This document shows positions 19,507 through 29,962 of a stretch of 64,000 nucleotides of DNA, in pieces. Under the pieces are notes generated by a model, which saw only the letters and a program-made list of their open reading frames with translations, searched no databases and had not been told where the DNA came from. Made by a program: the position numbers and the translations under genes. Origin of the DNA: Planctomycetota bacterium (GTDB taxonomy: Bacteria > Planctomycetota > PLA2); contig JAJFFH010000042.1 in the NCBI GenBank assembly GCA_021776735.1, positions 8,767 through 72,766 on the forward strand. The letters run 5' to 3'. Every line of letters starts with the position of its first letter. Positions within the stretch are counted from its first letter, which is position 1.

Positions 19507-19874
19507 AGTTTCGGATCCGCGACGGCGTGCTTGCCGACGAAGGCTCGTGGCTCTACGTTTGGCGCCGTCCCGACACGGGCGAGATCGTCTACGTCGGGAC
19601 CACCGGCCTGCCGCCGGTCGTTCGGGCGTGGCTGCACATCAACGACAATGATCCGTCGATCGGCCGCATTCGCGCCGTACAGCCGGACGCGCTGTCCGGC
19701 GACATCGTCGTGCACGCGTTCCGAGTCCGTCCCGATCTCGACCGGCGCGACGTGAAGCGCGCGTTGCTGCGGCTTCTGGACGGGGAGAGCCGCGGCGAAA
19801 CCGACGCGTGGCGGGCGGCTGGGGCCATCCGGATACGTCTCGATGAGGCCGCGGCACAGCCGCCGGACGGCTAG
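19491..19874 (+). CDS. hypothetical protein
   Basis: GTG start; mixed composition MADELKFRIRDGVLADEGSWLYVWRRPDTGEIVYVGTTG; the upstream 252-aa ORF extension is R-rich. Confidence 0.4.
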   Translation: MADELKFRIRDGVLADEGSWLYVWRRPDTGEIVYVGTTGLPPVVRAWLHINDNDPSIGRIRAVQPDALSGDIVVHAFRVRPDLDRRDVKRALLRLLDGESRGETDAWRAAGAIRIRLDEAAAQPPDG

Positions 19875-19888
19875 GGGTGAGAGGCAAC

Positions 19889-20452
19889 ATGGACGGACAG
19901 CACTGGCTTGACGACGTGCGCAGACGGTACGACCGCTACCGGCGCCGGACCGAAAACGCTTCGGAGCAGGTGAACGACGAACAGTTCTTCGCGGTCCCGG
20001 GCGGCAACCCGAACAGCATCGCGGTCTTGATGAAACACGTCGGCGGCAACCTGCACGCGCGCTGGCGCGACTTCCTGACCACGGACGGCGAGAAGCGGGA
20101 CCGCAACCGCGACGCGGAGTTCATCGTCGATGGCGAAACACGGGCGTCGGTGCTCGGGCACTGGCAGCGCGGATGGGACACGGCGCTTGCGGAGCTCGAA
20201 CAGCTCGGGCCCGACGACCTCGAGCGAACGGTGACGGTGCGCGGGCAACCGCTCTCGGTTGTCGAAGCCATCCACCGCAACCTCGACCATGTCGTCTATC
20301 ACACGGGCCAGGTTGTCTGCCTGGCGCGCGGGTTCGCGGGCAACGATTGGCAAACGCAAAGCATCGCCCGGGGAGCCTCGGACGCACACAACGCGATGAT
20401 GCAGGAGCGCCACGGCGACTGGTGGTCCCCGCGCCCAGGCTCAGGCGTCTGA
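19889..20452 (+). CDS. DinB_2/DUF1572 family protein
   Basis: HVGGNLHARW...HRNLDHVVYHTGQ histidine triad. Confidence 0.7.
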   Translation: MDGQHWLDDVRRRYDRYRRRTENASEQVNDEQFFAVPGGNPNSIAVLMKHVGGNLHARWRDFLTTDGEKRDRNRDAEFIVDGETRASVLGHWQRGWDTALAELEQLGPDDLERTVTVRGQPLSVVEAIHRNLDHVVYHTGQVVCLARGFAGNDWQTQSIARGASDAHNAMMQERHGDWWSPRPGSGV

Positions 20453-23092
20453 CAGCGACCAGCGCCCGGCGCGCTCGATGCGTCCGAGCGCGAGTTGAGC
20501 CAGCGCGGTCTGGCAGCGCGCGCTCGGACCGGCCGGATCATGGTCCAGCAGGGCACGCGAGAGACTCGCGGTCTTGCTCGAGCCGCGAACCGCGTCCAAC
20601 ACGCCGCGGGCGGACTGGCCGACCGGGCAGGCGAGACCGATCAGGAGCTCGCGCAACAGTCCAAGTACATGCAGCGTGCCGCGGGGAAGCCCGGGCCCCG
20701 GGTCCAGATTCGCCAAGGAATCCTCGATGGTGTTCGCGACCACGAGTTCGTGCAACGGGGATGCCGCGGCGATTTCTTCCAGCGCCTTGGCAAGCCGACC
20801 GGGCTTGAGCCAGCCGTGCGGCGCAAGGCGTGCGAGCATGCGACCAAACGGTTCGGGGTGGCAGCGCCCGTCGTCGACGGCGTCCAGGAACACATCGATG
20901 GCGACGCCTTTCGCGTCCGCGTCGCGACCGGTCAGGGACAGGCACGCGACCAGCCACGCGAGGTCGCCCCAGTCGCGATCCGACGGTGCGATCAGATCCA
21001 CGCAGGCGTGCGTCGGCTCCATCGACGACGCCGTGTGATTGCGCCTTCCGGCGATGTTCTTGGCGCCGTGCGCGAGAACGTCGTCCAAGTCGGCAGGTTG
21101 CGCGCTGGCGATCCAGCCCAGCGCCCACGGCATGTGCGGGTACAGGGTGCGCCGCTTCTCGATGCTCATCCGCACCCAGCGGTAGATCTCGTCGCGAAAG
21201 CGGGACGTGCCCGGCTTGAGATGCCACGCACGAGTTCCGCTCCCGCCTCGCGTGTCGTCTTTCGCGAGCGCCTCGCGCAGAGCCTCGCCGCCCGGACCGT
21301 CGAGCTTCGCTGCCACGGCACGCGCCGCGGTCCACCCGTCTGGTGCCAAGCGAAGCAGCGCCTGCTTGAAGTCGGCCGATTCCGGGTCGCCGTCGCTTTC
21401 ACGCAGACGTTCCACCAAAACAGCGGCGTCGATCCAGCCCCCGGCATGGGTCGGAGCCGCCAAGAGCGGGCGAGGCTGACGGCGCTGAACCCAACCGATC
21501 ATCTCGCCCATTCGTTCTCCCAGCAACGGGACCGCCCAGCCCCAATCCGCCTCGAAGTCGATCTCCGGCGCCAGCCACGCTCTCAGCACGGCAGCGATTG
21601 CGGACATCCCCTCCGTGGTCAAGAGCCCACGCCCGGTCTCGGATGTCTTGATCGTCAGGATGCGCTTTCGCAGCGGCGCCGTTTTCGTCTCGAAGTCGGC
21701 CGGCCGCGCAGCGCAGAAACGACAGATGCCGTCGAGGACCCGTTCGACCTCGTCGGCGTTCGAGACCGTCTCTACAGCTTGCGCGGTGGTCTCGATCAGC
21801 TCGTCGAGTGTTGTGATCGGTTCGACCGGCGCGATTCCGGTCAACAACGGGACTTCGAGGGTGCGAAACGACAGGGGCGGCGGGAACGGCCCGCCTGCGA
21901 GCGCGCGGAGCGATGCATCGACGCCGGCGAACTCACGCCATCGCGGCGCGAGTGCGAGCGCGCGCGTCGCCAGCTCGGCAGAGTCCGGCGCGGCGGACTC
22001 CGGAGCGGAAGGCGCGGGATCAACGCGAAGCGAAGCGGGCATATCGGTGGCGTGTTCTTCGAGCCAGGCGGTATCGGCCAAGTCGGACGTCGCCCGGCAG
22101 ATCGTGACGGCGAGTCCCTGCACGTCGCGGTGTTCGTGCTTGAGTGCTGCCGCCAGCGCAGGACGCGCGACCGCGGCCAGATCCGGCTCCCGCTTCAGAG
22201 CACGCCGGAGGAGCGAGAGCGCGGCCACGCACGTTCCCTTGGTTTGCTGGAAAAACAACCGCGGCGCTGCTCGCAGAAACGCCTGCATGTCGAGCCGCCC
22301 CGTGCGTTCGAGCTTGCGCACCTCTCGCATCGCAAACGCCATCACCCGCGGCGTGCGGACAGCGAGCAGATCGAGATAGACATCATGGCGCGCGTCGATC
22401 TCGGCTGGCGTCGGCTTGAGCTGCTCGTGCAAGTCGGCGTAGCCCGAGAGAGTCGTCACCTTGAACCCGGACGACAACCCGCGCAGACAACCGTCGAGCA
22501 GCCGCTGCCGGTCGATTCGATCCTCGGCCGCGAGGTCCACCAGCGCCGGGACCCAGCCGTAGTGGGTAAACGCCTGCGTATCGACCTCGAAGAACCGCCA
22601 GACCTCGTCGATCCATTCTGGATACGCCCACATACGCCGTTGGATGCGCCTCTCGGTATCCTTCCGACGCCAACCGGGTCCGTGAATGAGCGCAAAGTAG
22701 TGGACAAACGCCTCCGATCGCGGTCGCGGACACGCCCCTTCGCGAACAAGCGTGTCCACGACCTCCCAGGAGAGACCGACAATATCTCGGTAGAACTTCC
22801 CCTCCAACCACGCGGGCAGCCAGCGGGGGCGGCGGTCGCTGAGAATCCGGGCGGCATGGACTGCGAAGTCGTCGCGCACCCACATGGCGGCTGCGTCTTT
22901 TGCAGTGCCGCAGGCAAGCAACGCCAGCGCCGGCAGGTCCCGGGATTCGAGCCAGGCAGCCGACGCCGGTCGGAGTGCGCGCACGCGCGGCCGCAACGCT
23001 CGGCGCTCCGACTCGGTGAGCGACGCGACCTCTTTCGCCAGCGCCGCCCCGTCCCCTGTGCGGATCAGTTCCTCTAGGCGATCCGGCGTCAC
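20441..23092 (-). CDS. large helical hypothetical protein of the type paired with SWIM zinc-finger proteins (DUF6493-like)
   Basis: 883 aa, W/Y-rich balanced composition; ATGA overlap with the upstream SWIM gene; the plus-strand 860-aa ORF is an antisense artefact. Confidence 0.55.
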   Translation of the reverse strand: MTPDRLEELIRTGDGAALAKEVASLTESERRALRPRVRALRPASAAWLESRDLPALALLACGTAKDAAAMWVRDDFAVHAARILSDRRPRWLPAWLEGKFYRDIVGLSWEVVDTLVREGACPRPRSEAFVHYFALIHGPGWRRKDTERRIQRRMWAYPEWIDEVWRFFEVDTQAFTHYGWVPALVDLAAEDRIDRQRLLDGCLRGLSSGFKVTTLSGYADLHEQLKPTPAEIDARHDVYLDLLAVRTPRVMAFAMREVRKLERTGRLDMQAFLRAAPRLFFQQTKGTCVAALSLLRRALKREPDLAAVARPALAAALKHEHRDVQGLAVTICRATSDLADTAWLEEHATDMPASLRVDPAPSAPESAAPDSAELATRALALAPRWREFAGVDASLRALAGGPFPPPLSFRTLEVPLLTGIAPVEPITTLDELIETTAQAVETVSNADEVERVLDGICRFCAARPADFETKTAPLRKRILTIKTSETGRGLLTTEGMSAIAAVLRAWLAPEIDFEADWGWAVPLLGERMGEMIGWVQRRQPRPLLAAPTHAGGWIDAAVLVERLRESDGDPESADFKQALLRLAPDGWTAARAVAAKLDGPGGEALREALAKDDTRGGSGTRAWHLKPGTSRFRDEIYRWVRMSIEKRRTLYPHMPWALGWIASAQPADLDDVLAHGAKNIAGRRNHTASSMEPTHACVDLIAPSDRDWGDLAWLVACLSLTGRDADAKGVAIDVFLDAVDDGRCHPEPFGRMLARLAPHGWLKPGRLAKALEEIAAASPLHELVVANTIEDSLANLDPGPGLPRGTLHVLGLLRELLIGLACPVGQSARGVLDAVRGSSKTASLSRALLDHDPAGPSARCQTALAQLALGRIERAGRWSLSDA

Positions 23093-24438
23093 GGTGTTTC
23101 AGGAGACTCGGGGGCCTCGGCAGACTCGGCAAAAAGACGCGCGGCGAGAACGTGCTTGCACGGACCGCGCTGTCCGCGGTACTTCGAAAACCAGGGACAG
23201 GTGCAGCGGTCCTGTCCGTCGCGGAGGCGCACGACATGCAAAACACCGGTGCCGCCGACGCCGAACACGGCCTGGCCCTCCGTGCTTTCATCGAGGCGAG
23301 ACACGCGATCCTGCTCGAGGAGCCGCCGCGCATTGCGCAGCCGGGGCTGGAGGAGTTCGACCCGGTCCAGATCGAACGGCAACTCGCGGTGGAAGTATGC
23401 GGCCGCCGCAACGTCGTAGCCGACCAGCCCCCGCGCCCCCAAAGCCGCCAGCGCGGCTGCAACGTCGTGCCCGCCGCGACCCACCGAACGCGCGAGCGCA
23501 TCCGCATCGACGCGGGCCTGCCACCGCAAGAGTCCCTGCACGCTCGCCACCAGCGGCTCTCCCCCAGCGCCGGCCAGATCGTGAAGCAACCCGCCCTCGC
23601 CGGAAAAGCCGCGGTAGACGCCGGGGCTCAGCAACAGAAAAAAACACCCACACCCGACGTCGAGCTGCCACGCGCTCGTGCCGTGCGCATCGTCCGCCCA
23701 CACCCGCAGAGAACGCGCCGAGGCAAGCAGAGGCTCGAGCAGACGCAGGCGATGGACCCCCTCGACGCGCACACGCCCGGCGCCGTCCCGTCGTGAAAAG
23801 CGCGGCCCGGTCCCGGTCGTCAACACGGGCAGTTTCGCGGTCCCGGTGCGCGGAAGCGAACGCAGCAGCGCGCGCGCCGCAAACCCCGCGAACTCCGCAT
23901 GAGGCCGCAACCGCTGCTGACACGCCTGCACCTCGCCGAACCCGGACAGCCAGCGCGCGGGTAACTTCACTTTCTTCTCGACATGAACCTCGCCACCATG
24001 GTCCAGCTCAACGGAGTCGGGCCCCACGGCAAGCCGGCACGGCTCGTCCTCGCGCACTCGCGTCAGCGCCGCGCGCATGGGATCGTTGAAATCGACATTG
24101 GTCGTGCCACGGCCGAGGATGCGGGCCGAAAACGAATCCGCGGGCAGGTCGATTCGCGCGTAGACCCCGGCACAACTGCTGAACGCCTCGAAACGCAGGA
24201 GTTCTTCGCTGGCCGTCACGACGGGATCGAATAGGTCGGGGTCGGGAATCCGAAAGTCGCTGCGCACAACATCGGTCAGCGCCAACAAGAGATCGCAGAC
24301 CGCCCGAGGCTCGTGCAACAACCCGTCGAAGAACCGCGGGTGCTTGAGCCGCGCGTCGCACGTGGCCAACCGAACGGCCGCCGCCCCCTCCCGCCGCTCG
24401 ACGAGCGAAGCAAACGGATAGCGGTAACAAAACTCCAT
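23089..24438 (-). CDS. SWIM zinc-finger family protein
   Basis: C-terminal CTCPWFSKYRGQRGPCKHV (CxCxnCxH); start placed at MEFCYRYPFASL, as the upstream 180 aa are R-rich. Confidence 0.65.
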   Translation of the reverse strand: MEFCYRYPFASLVERREGAAAVRLATCDARLKHPRFFDGLLHEPRAVCDLLLALTDVVRSDFRIPDPDLFDPVVTASEELLRFEAFSSCAGVYARIDLPADSFSARILGRGTTNVDFNDPMRAALTRVREDEPCRLAVGPDSVELDHGGEVHVEKKVKLPARWLSGFGEVQACQQRLRPHAEFAGFAARALLRSLPRTGTAKLPVLTTGTGPRFSRRDGAGRVRVEGVHRLRLLEPLLASARSLRVWADDAHGTSAWQLDVGCGCFFLLLSPGVYRGFSGEGGLLHDLAGAGGEPLVASVQGLLRWQARVDADALARSVGRGGHDVAAALAALGARGLVGYDVAAAAYFHRELPFDLDRVELLQPRLRNARRLLEQDRVSRLDESTEGQAVFGVGGTGVLHVVRLRDGQDRCTCPWFSKYRGQRGPCKHVLAARLFAESAEAPESPETP

Positions 24439-24522
24439 CGCCGGCGCGGAACCCACATGTACAGGATACGACAGATTCAGGGGCAGGAACGGACGGCGAT
24501 GTCTCCGCCTACAATCTGAGGG

Positions 24523-25086
24523 ATGAACGTAGCGGCGCGCGTGCTCACCTCCGACATGTGGAACGATGTGGTCGAGGTCTTTTCGGAGACCGCGGGTTGC
24601 GATGGTTGTTGGTGTTTCAACCACCACATCGCTCCGGGCCGGCCGGACGTGCGCGATGACGCGGCGCGCGCAGCCAAGGAGCTTGCAGTGCGTGATGGCC
24701 GTGCGTCTGGAGTTGTGGGCTATCTCGACGGCACGCCGGTCGGCTGGTGCGCGGTCGATCGGCGCCGGGACATTCCGGGGCACGACTGCGTGACGGAAAC
24801 GGGCGACGACGCGGCCGGCAACGTGTGGGCGATCCATTGTTTTTTTGTGCGGGAGACGGCGCGCGGGCACGGCGTGGCTCGCGCGATGTTGCAAACGACG
24901 GTGTCGTGGTTGCGCGACGCGGGCGCCAGCGAGGTCGAAGCGTTCCCGTCGCCGCCGGACCGCGAGCCGTTCTTTCACGGATTCGGCGGGCCGTTCACGC
25001 TGTATTCATCGCTGGGTTTCGAGCAGACCGACGATGTCGACGAGAACTACTGCCGCGTTGTTTGCATGCTCGAAGCCGCACGCTGA
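24523..25086 (+). CDS. GNAT family N-acetyltransferase
   Basis: FVRETARGHGVARAML acetyl-CoA binding motif. Confidence 0.8.
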   Translation: MNVAARVLTSDMWNDVVEVFSETAGCDGCWCFNHHIAPGRPDVRDDAARAAKELAVRDGRASGVVGYLDGTPVGWCAVDRRRDIPGHDCVTETGDDAAGNVWAIHCFFVRETARGHGVARAMLQTTVSWLRDAGASEVEAFPSPPDREPFFHGFGGPFTLYSSLGFEQTDDVDENYCRVVCMLEAAR

Positions 25087-25147
25087 CCGCTCCGCCACTT
25101 CGGCCCCCGCCCCCACCACCAACGCCCGGAATCGGTCCACGCCACGG

Positions 25148-26650
25148 TCAAGCCGGCGGCGGGATACCCGCGGCGGAGACCGTAGTGCAAAAACGCTCCG
25201 CGCGTTCTCGAGCGGCGCGTGCGGTGGCCGAGCGACGTCGCGGTCCGTCCAGCGCGAGGACATTTCCGGCGTGAATCCAACGTTCCCGGATCGGCGGCAA
25301 AACGCCATCGGGCAAGGCCGCCAGGGCTCGCTCGGCGGCCTCGAGTTGCGGCCACGCGTGCCGCGCCGAGACCCGCCGGGCGATCTGGCAGGCGGCCGCG
25401 GCTGCGACGAACTGCTCGCGGGGATCGGCGGAGTTCGCGGCCTCCTTGATGATCGGGTTCGATCGGTAGGCGCGCCACGCGGATCCCGCCCGGCCCTCGA
25501 GTGCTTCGGCAAGAGCGTGCGCCCGCGGCACCAGGGAGGCCAGGCGCGGTATCCCGGCCTGGGCGAGTGGAGCCTCCGCGAACGCGAGCAGACCACGCAG
25601 GATGGTCGCGTCTTCGCGCGAGAGAGCCATCCGGAGATACACGACGGCGTCCACGAACCGCGCCGGCGGTGTTCGCGTAGACCACGTCGCCGGCAGTCCG
25701 TCCGCCGCGGCGGCAGAGTCCTGAACTCCCATCAATTCGTGCGCGTTGACGAGAGCGGCACGGTTGATGAGCGCCCAATCGCCGAGGAGCGGCCACGCGT
25801 CGTGGATCAACTGCAAGGCACGAGGGCCGCGTTCCGGCATTTCCAACATCGCCAGCCCCTGCGCCGCCCGGAACGGCGCCCGCGCCGCCGGGCCGTCGTC
25901 CAGGTGCAGTGCGTCGAGCGCCCGCGCGACTCGTCGTGCCTCGCGGTAGCGCCCCACGCGCACGAGCGTCATCATGGTGTTGAGTTCCTTTTGCCGCTCC
26001 AGTTCCGTTTGCGCCGGACCACGCGCGAGATGACGGCGAAAAACGCGCCGCTGCCGCGTCAACGCCTCGTCGAGCCGCCCTCGCTCAAAGGCGATGTAGG
26101 CACGCGACTGTTCCAATTCCAGGCACAGGTCTTCGTCGTCGCAAAGACGCGCGACCTGGCCGGCCGCCTGCGCCAACTCCTCGCCGCGTTCCAGGCGCCC
26201 GGCTTCCAGCGTCCGCTCGAGATCCGCCACGACCCGGGCGAGGATCGGCTGCGTACGCTCGTGGAGCTTGGCGCGGGTCCGCTCGTAGGTCTCTAGCTGT
26301 CGATTCAACTCGCGCAGCACCTGCGCGTGGTCGCGTCCGGCGAGGGCTCCGAATCTCAGGCGCGTGACCCGCCCCATGGCCTGCACCAACTCAAGCAGCT
26401 CCCCCGCCATCCGCGCCGTGGCGCCCGTGATATCGGTCAGGTACGGCTCCCCTTCGCCGGCAAGCAGCCAGGCCGGATTCACGTCGAAATGCCGCACGAG
26501 CGCCACGCAAAAGGCAGCGGGAATGCGGCGGTCCTTGGCGTAGCGACTCACGCTGCTCTGGGGTACGCCCGTTGCACGCGCCACCTTCGCTTGCCCGTGC
26601 TCGTCCATGATGCGCGCCACGCGGGCACGCAGGGTTTTGGTCTCTCGCAT
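25148..26650 (-). CDS. XRE-family HTH transcriptional regulator with TPR-like C-terminal domain
   Basis: Start at MRETKTLRARVARIMDEHGQAKVARATGVPQSSVSRY (HTH); ~450 aa helical repeat region; divergent from the LRR gene. Confidence 0.7.
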   Translation of the reverse strand: MRETKTLRARVARIMDEHGQAKVARATGVPQSSVSRYAKDRRIPAAFCVALVRHFDVNPAWLLAGEGEPYLTDITGATARMAGELLELVQAMGRVTRLRFGALAGRDHAQVLRELNRQLETYERTRAKLHERTQPILARVVADLERTLEAGRLERGEELAQAAGQVARLCDDEDLCLELEQSRAYIAFERGRLDEALTRQRRVFRRHLARGPAQTELERQKELNTMMTLVRVGRYREARRVARALDALHLDDGPAARAPFRAAQGLAMLEMPERGPRALQLIHDAWPLLGDWALINRAALVNAHELMGVQDSAAAADGLPATWSTRTPPARFVDAVVYLRMALSREDATILRGLLAFAEAPLAQAGIPRLASLVPRAHALAEALEGRAGSAWRAYRSNPIIKEAANSADPREQFVAAAAACQIARRVSARHAWPQLEAAERALAALPDGVLPPIRERWIHAGNVLALDGPRRRSATARAARERAERFCTTVSAAGIPPPA

Positions 26651-26737
26651 AGGGGTCTGCTCCAGATCGTCATGCGTTTTAGCATGACAAAACCACAATC
26701 GTGCCCCCGGATACATGCGGATCGCGTTCAGAAGGTC

Positions 26738-28084
26738 ATGCGAATCCTGCCCGTCCTTGCTGTTCTCGCCCTCTCGTCCCTGGCACCCGCGTCTCTGGCA
26801 TCCGCCGAAGAGGTCGAGCCGGAGGACGGGTTCGCTTTCGTACGCCATGCCGCCGACGTAGACGCCCTGCTCGAGAGCACTACGCGTGTGCAGTTCTCGC
26901 GCAAGGCCGGCGACAAGGCCCTGGCCGCGCTGCGCGCCAAGCCGGCGGTCACCGAGCTGCTCCTGCGCGTCAACGACGCGATCACGCCCGACGGCACCAA
27001 GGCGCTTGCCGGTCACCCTGGACTCGCGATCATCGAATGGACCCACGCGTCCGGCGTTCGCGATGAGACCTTGGCGCCGCTCGCGAAGTTGCCGGCCCTC
27101 ACCACGCTGCTGCTCTCGGGATGTAGCGGACTGACCGCCGGCGCGGCCTCCCACCTCGGCGAAATCCCCACGCTGACGAAGCTCGATCTCTCGCACGCGA
27201 CCTGGATCAACCGGGACACCCTTGTCGAGCTCGCGAGCGCACCTGCGCTCCAGGACCTTTCATTGGCGGACTGCAGGCCGCTGCACGCCAAGGACCTTGC
27301 CGGGCTCGCGCGATCGAAGACTCTCCGGAAACTCGACCTGCGCAACACCGGCCTGGGGGACGAAGCGGTCAAGAGTCTGCTCAAACTCCGCAAGCTCACC
27401 CACTTGCGGCTCGGAAACTGCCGCGGACTGACCGACGCGGGCCTCGGCCGCCTGCGCAAGCTCGGGCAGCTTGAGTCGATCGACCTTTCTCTTTGCAGCG
27501 GTCTCACACGCGAGGGTCTTGCCGGACTCGCCAAGTGGCGCAAGCTGAACGCGCTCCAACTCGAGAGTCTCCCCATCGACGACGCGCTCCTGATGCGCTA
27601 CTGTCGCATGCGCAACCTTCGCGAGCTGCGACTTCGAGGCGCGAAACGGGTCACCGAGGCGGGACTCCTCAAGCTGAGCAAGGCGAAGAACCTGGAAGTG
27701 CTCGTCCTCGTACGCGTGCCGGCGTGCACCGATCGGGTTGCCGGCGCGCTCACAGATTGCCGCTCGCTTCGTGTTCTGGAACTCAGCCAGTGCCGTGCGC
27801 TGACGAACGCGGCCGCAGCACACCTCGCCCGGATCGCCACGTTGGAAGAGCTCGATCTCTCGGGCGCCAAGCTCCTTACGGACGCATGCCTCCGCGACCT
27901 CGGGAAGCTGACATCCTTGACCAGACTCGTGCTCGCAAGCACGCCCGTCACGGACAACGGCCTCATGCACCTAAACGACCTCAAGCGCCTCCGCACGCTC
28001 TACCTGTGGTTTTGCGAAGGCGTGAGCGAGCAGGGCATGGATCCGTTGCGCGCAGCTCTTCCCGAGTGCCGGATCGAAAAGTAA
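26738..28084 (+). CDS. secreted leucine-rich repeat protein
   Basis: Signal peptide MRILPVLAVLALSSLAPASLASA; repeated LxxLxLxxCxxLTD units. Confidence 0.8.
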   Translation: MRILPVLAVLALSSLAPASLASAEEVEPEDGFAFVRHAADVDALLESTTRVQFSRKAGDKALAALRAKPAVTELLLRVNDAITPDGTKALAGHPGLAIIEWTHASGVRDETLAPLAKLPALTTLLLSGCSGLTAGAASHLGEIPTLTKLDLSHATWINRDTLVELASAPALQDLSLADCRPLHAKDLAGLARSKTLRKLDLRNTGLGDEAVKSLLKLRKLTHLRLGNCRGLTDAGLGRLRKLGQLESIDLSLCSGLTREGLAGLAKWRKLNALQLESLPIDDALLMRYCRMRNLRELRLRGAKRVTEAGLLKLSKAKNLEVLVLVRVPACTDRVAGALTDCRSLRVLELSQCRALTNAAAAHLARIATLEELDLSGAKLLTDACLRDLGKLTSLTRLVLASTPVTDNGLMHLNDLKRLRTLYLWFCEGVSEQGMDPLRAALPECRIEK

Positions 28085-28099
28085 CGCCCTTGCCGGGGC

Positions 28100-29035
28100 T
28101 CACCGAGTGCGCACGTGGTCGTCGAGGACCTCGCGCATCGTGTGACGGGCCCAGCGAACGATCGCCGGATTGGTGTCGCGGTAATAGTCCAGCGCGATCA
28201 ACGCCATGGACAGCGCGAGGCCACGTCCGCGGAGCCAGGTGGCGTCATCGACTTGGAGCGACGTGCGAAACGCCTGGCGGCTCTCACCCGCAAACAGGTT
28301 CCACGCCGGAAGCAACTCGACCGCGGGATCGCCGACGCCCAAGCCGCCCCAGTCGATGACGGCGGAGAGCCGCCCGTTTGCCGCCAGCAGATTCCCCGGC
28401 GCGAGATCCCCATGGACCCAAACGGGAGACGCCGCCCAGACGGGCGCGTTCAGATCGGCCTGCCACGCCGCCGTTACCGCGACCGTATCGATGAGCCCAT
28501 CGCAGTTCGCGATCGCCTCGCGGGTCCGCGCATCGCGCCGCGCCAGCGGCACGCCCCGCAAGAAGTTGTGCGCGCCGGGCGCCGGCCCCGCACTCGGATC
28601 GATCCGCTGCAACGCAAGAATGAACTGCGCAAGATCGGCGGCCGCCTGCACGGGATCGGCAAGGCCATCCAGGGTCGGATTTTCCCCGTCGAGCCAGTCG
28701 CAAACCGTCCACGGCGCCGGATAGCCCTCGCCCGGCGCGCCCTTCGCAAGCGGTACCGGAAGAAGAAGCGGCAAGTTCGCGGCGAACTGCGGGAGCCACC
28801 GGTGCTCCTTGTCGATCTGCTCCAACTTGCCCGGACCTAGCTGAAGTGGCATACGGACGGCGATGCCGGGAAGAGCACCAAGCGGGCCGAGCCTGTAGAT
28901 CGCGTTCGACGTGCCGTCGGACGCCACGGGTTCTACGGCGAGATCCGCCCACTGCGGAAACTGCGCGCGCAAGAGCCGACGGACAAGCTCGGCGTCCGAC
29001 ACGAGCTGATCGGCGTGCATTCTCCTTTGACTCAT
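28100..29035 (-). CDS. aminoglycoside phosphotransferase (APH) family kinase
   Basis: DGTSNAIYRL, HGDLAPGNLL, IDWG motifs. Confidence 0.85.
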   Translation of the reverse strand: MSQRRMHADQLVSDAELVRRLLRAQFPQWADLAVEPVASDGTSNAIYRLGPLGALPGIAVRMPLQLGPGKLEQIDKEHRWLPQFAANLPLLLPVPLAKGAPGEGYPAPWTVCDWLDGENPTLDGLADPVQAAADLAQFILALQRIDPSAGPAPGAHNFLRGVPLARRDARTREAIANCDGLIDTVAVTAAWQADLNAPVWAASPVWVHGDLAPGNLLAANGRLSAVIDWGGLGVGDPAVELLPAWNLFAGESRQAFRTSLQVDDATWLRGRGLALSMALIALDYYRDTNPAIVRWARHTMREVLDDHVRTR

Positions 29036-29056
29036 CTGCCCCCGCCCCCCTAAACC

Positions 29057-29803
29057 CTACGCCCCCGCACGCCCGTACACCGACACGTGACGCGAGGCCG
29101 CGGCGGTGAACGGCGAGCGGTCCCACGACGCCCATCGATCGCAGAGCTCCAGACCAGCCAAACGTGCCATGAGATCGAGCTCGCTCGGCCACGCGTAGCG
29201 CATTGCAAGCGGCGCCATGCGCGTTCCGTTTTCGGTGAAAACGATGCGCTGGTAGTCGATCGTTTGCGCGACCGGATCGTGCCTGCGGATGTCGAGGCCG
29301 GCGGCGTCCCTGGTGACCCCCATGCCGTTCACGGCATGGCCATCGACGAAGGCGGAGAGGTCGGGCACGAACGTCTCGACGAGGAACACGCCGCGGGCGG
29401 TCAGACGGCGCGCCACGTTGCGAAAGCAGCACACCTGGGCTTCTTGCGACGTCATGTTGAAGATCGTGTTGAACAGCAGGAAGACCAGGTCGAACGTACC
29501 GTCGACAGAAACGTCCGCCATGTCGCCGATGGTTACCGGGATCGCGTCGCCCCCTGGCTTTTCGCGCAGCTTCGCGACCATCTTGTCCGACGCCTCGAGA
29601 CCGTGGACCGCCAAACCCCGCGCGGCGAGCGGCAGCGCCACGCGCCCGGTTCCGATCGCGAGCTCGAGGACCGTTCCGCCGGCGGCGAGGTCGGTGAGCA
29701 ACTCCACGGATTCCCGCGTATCCGCATCCATCGTGGTCCCCAGCTCCGCGTCATAGTCCTCGGCGTACAGATCGCCAAACGTCTCAGCTCCAAAGCCCTT
29801 CAT
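29057..29803 (-). CDS. class I SAM-dependent methyltransferase
   Basis: GAGGAG RBS before MKGFGAE; LELAIGTGR motif I. Confidence 0.8.
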   Translation of the reverse strand: MKGFGAETFGDLYAEDYDAELGTTMDADTRESVELLTDLAAGGTVLELAIGTGRVALPLAARGLAVHGLEASDKMVAKLREKPGGDAIPVTIGDMADVSVDGTFDLVFLLFNTIFNMTSQEAQVCCFRNVARRLTARGVFLVETFVPDLSAFVDGHAVNGMGVTRDAAGLDIRRHDPVAQTIDYQRIVFTENGTRMAPLAMRYAWPSELDLMARLAGLELCDRWASWDRSPFTAAASRHVSVYGRAGA

Positions 29804-29962
29804 CCGATTCTCCTCATCTTGATTCTCCGCGTCGGGGGAGTCTCCGCGTCGCGCACCGGTTGCTCGCGACGATAGTACCGGTGCGCGGATCGAAAGCACG
29901 GTGCCGGAGGCAGGATGCCGGAAGAAGGATGCCAAGAGAAGGATGCAAGAGAGGGATGTACG

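Noticed and set aside
20495-23077. 860-aa plus-strand ORF
   Set aside because: Antisense of the 883-aa minus-strand gene, which has realistic composition.
23089-24978. Full 629-aa extent of the SWIM ORF
   Set aside because: The N-terminal 180 aa are R/H-rich without RBS support, so the start was moved to the internal Met.
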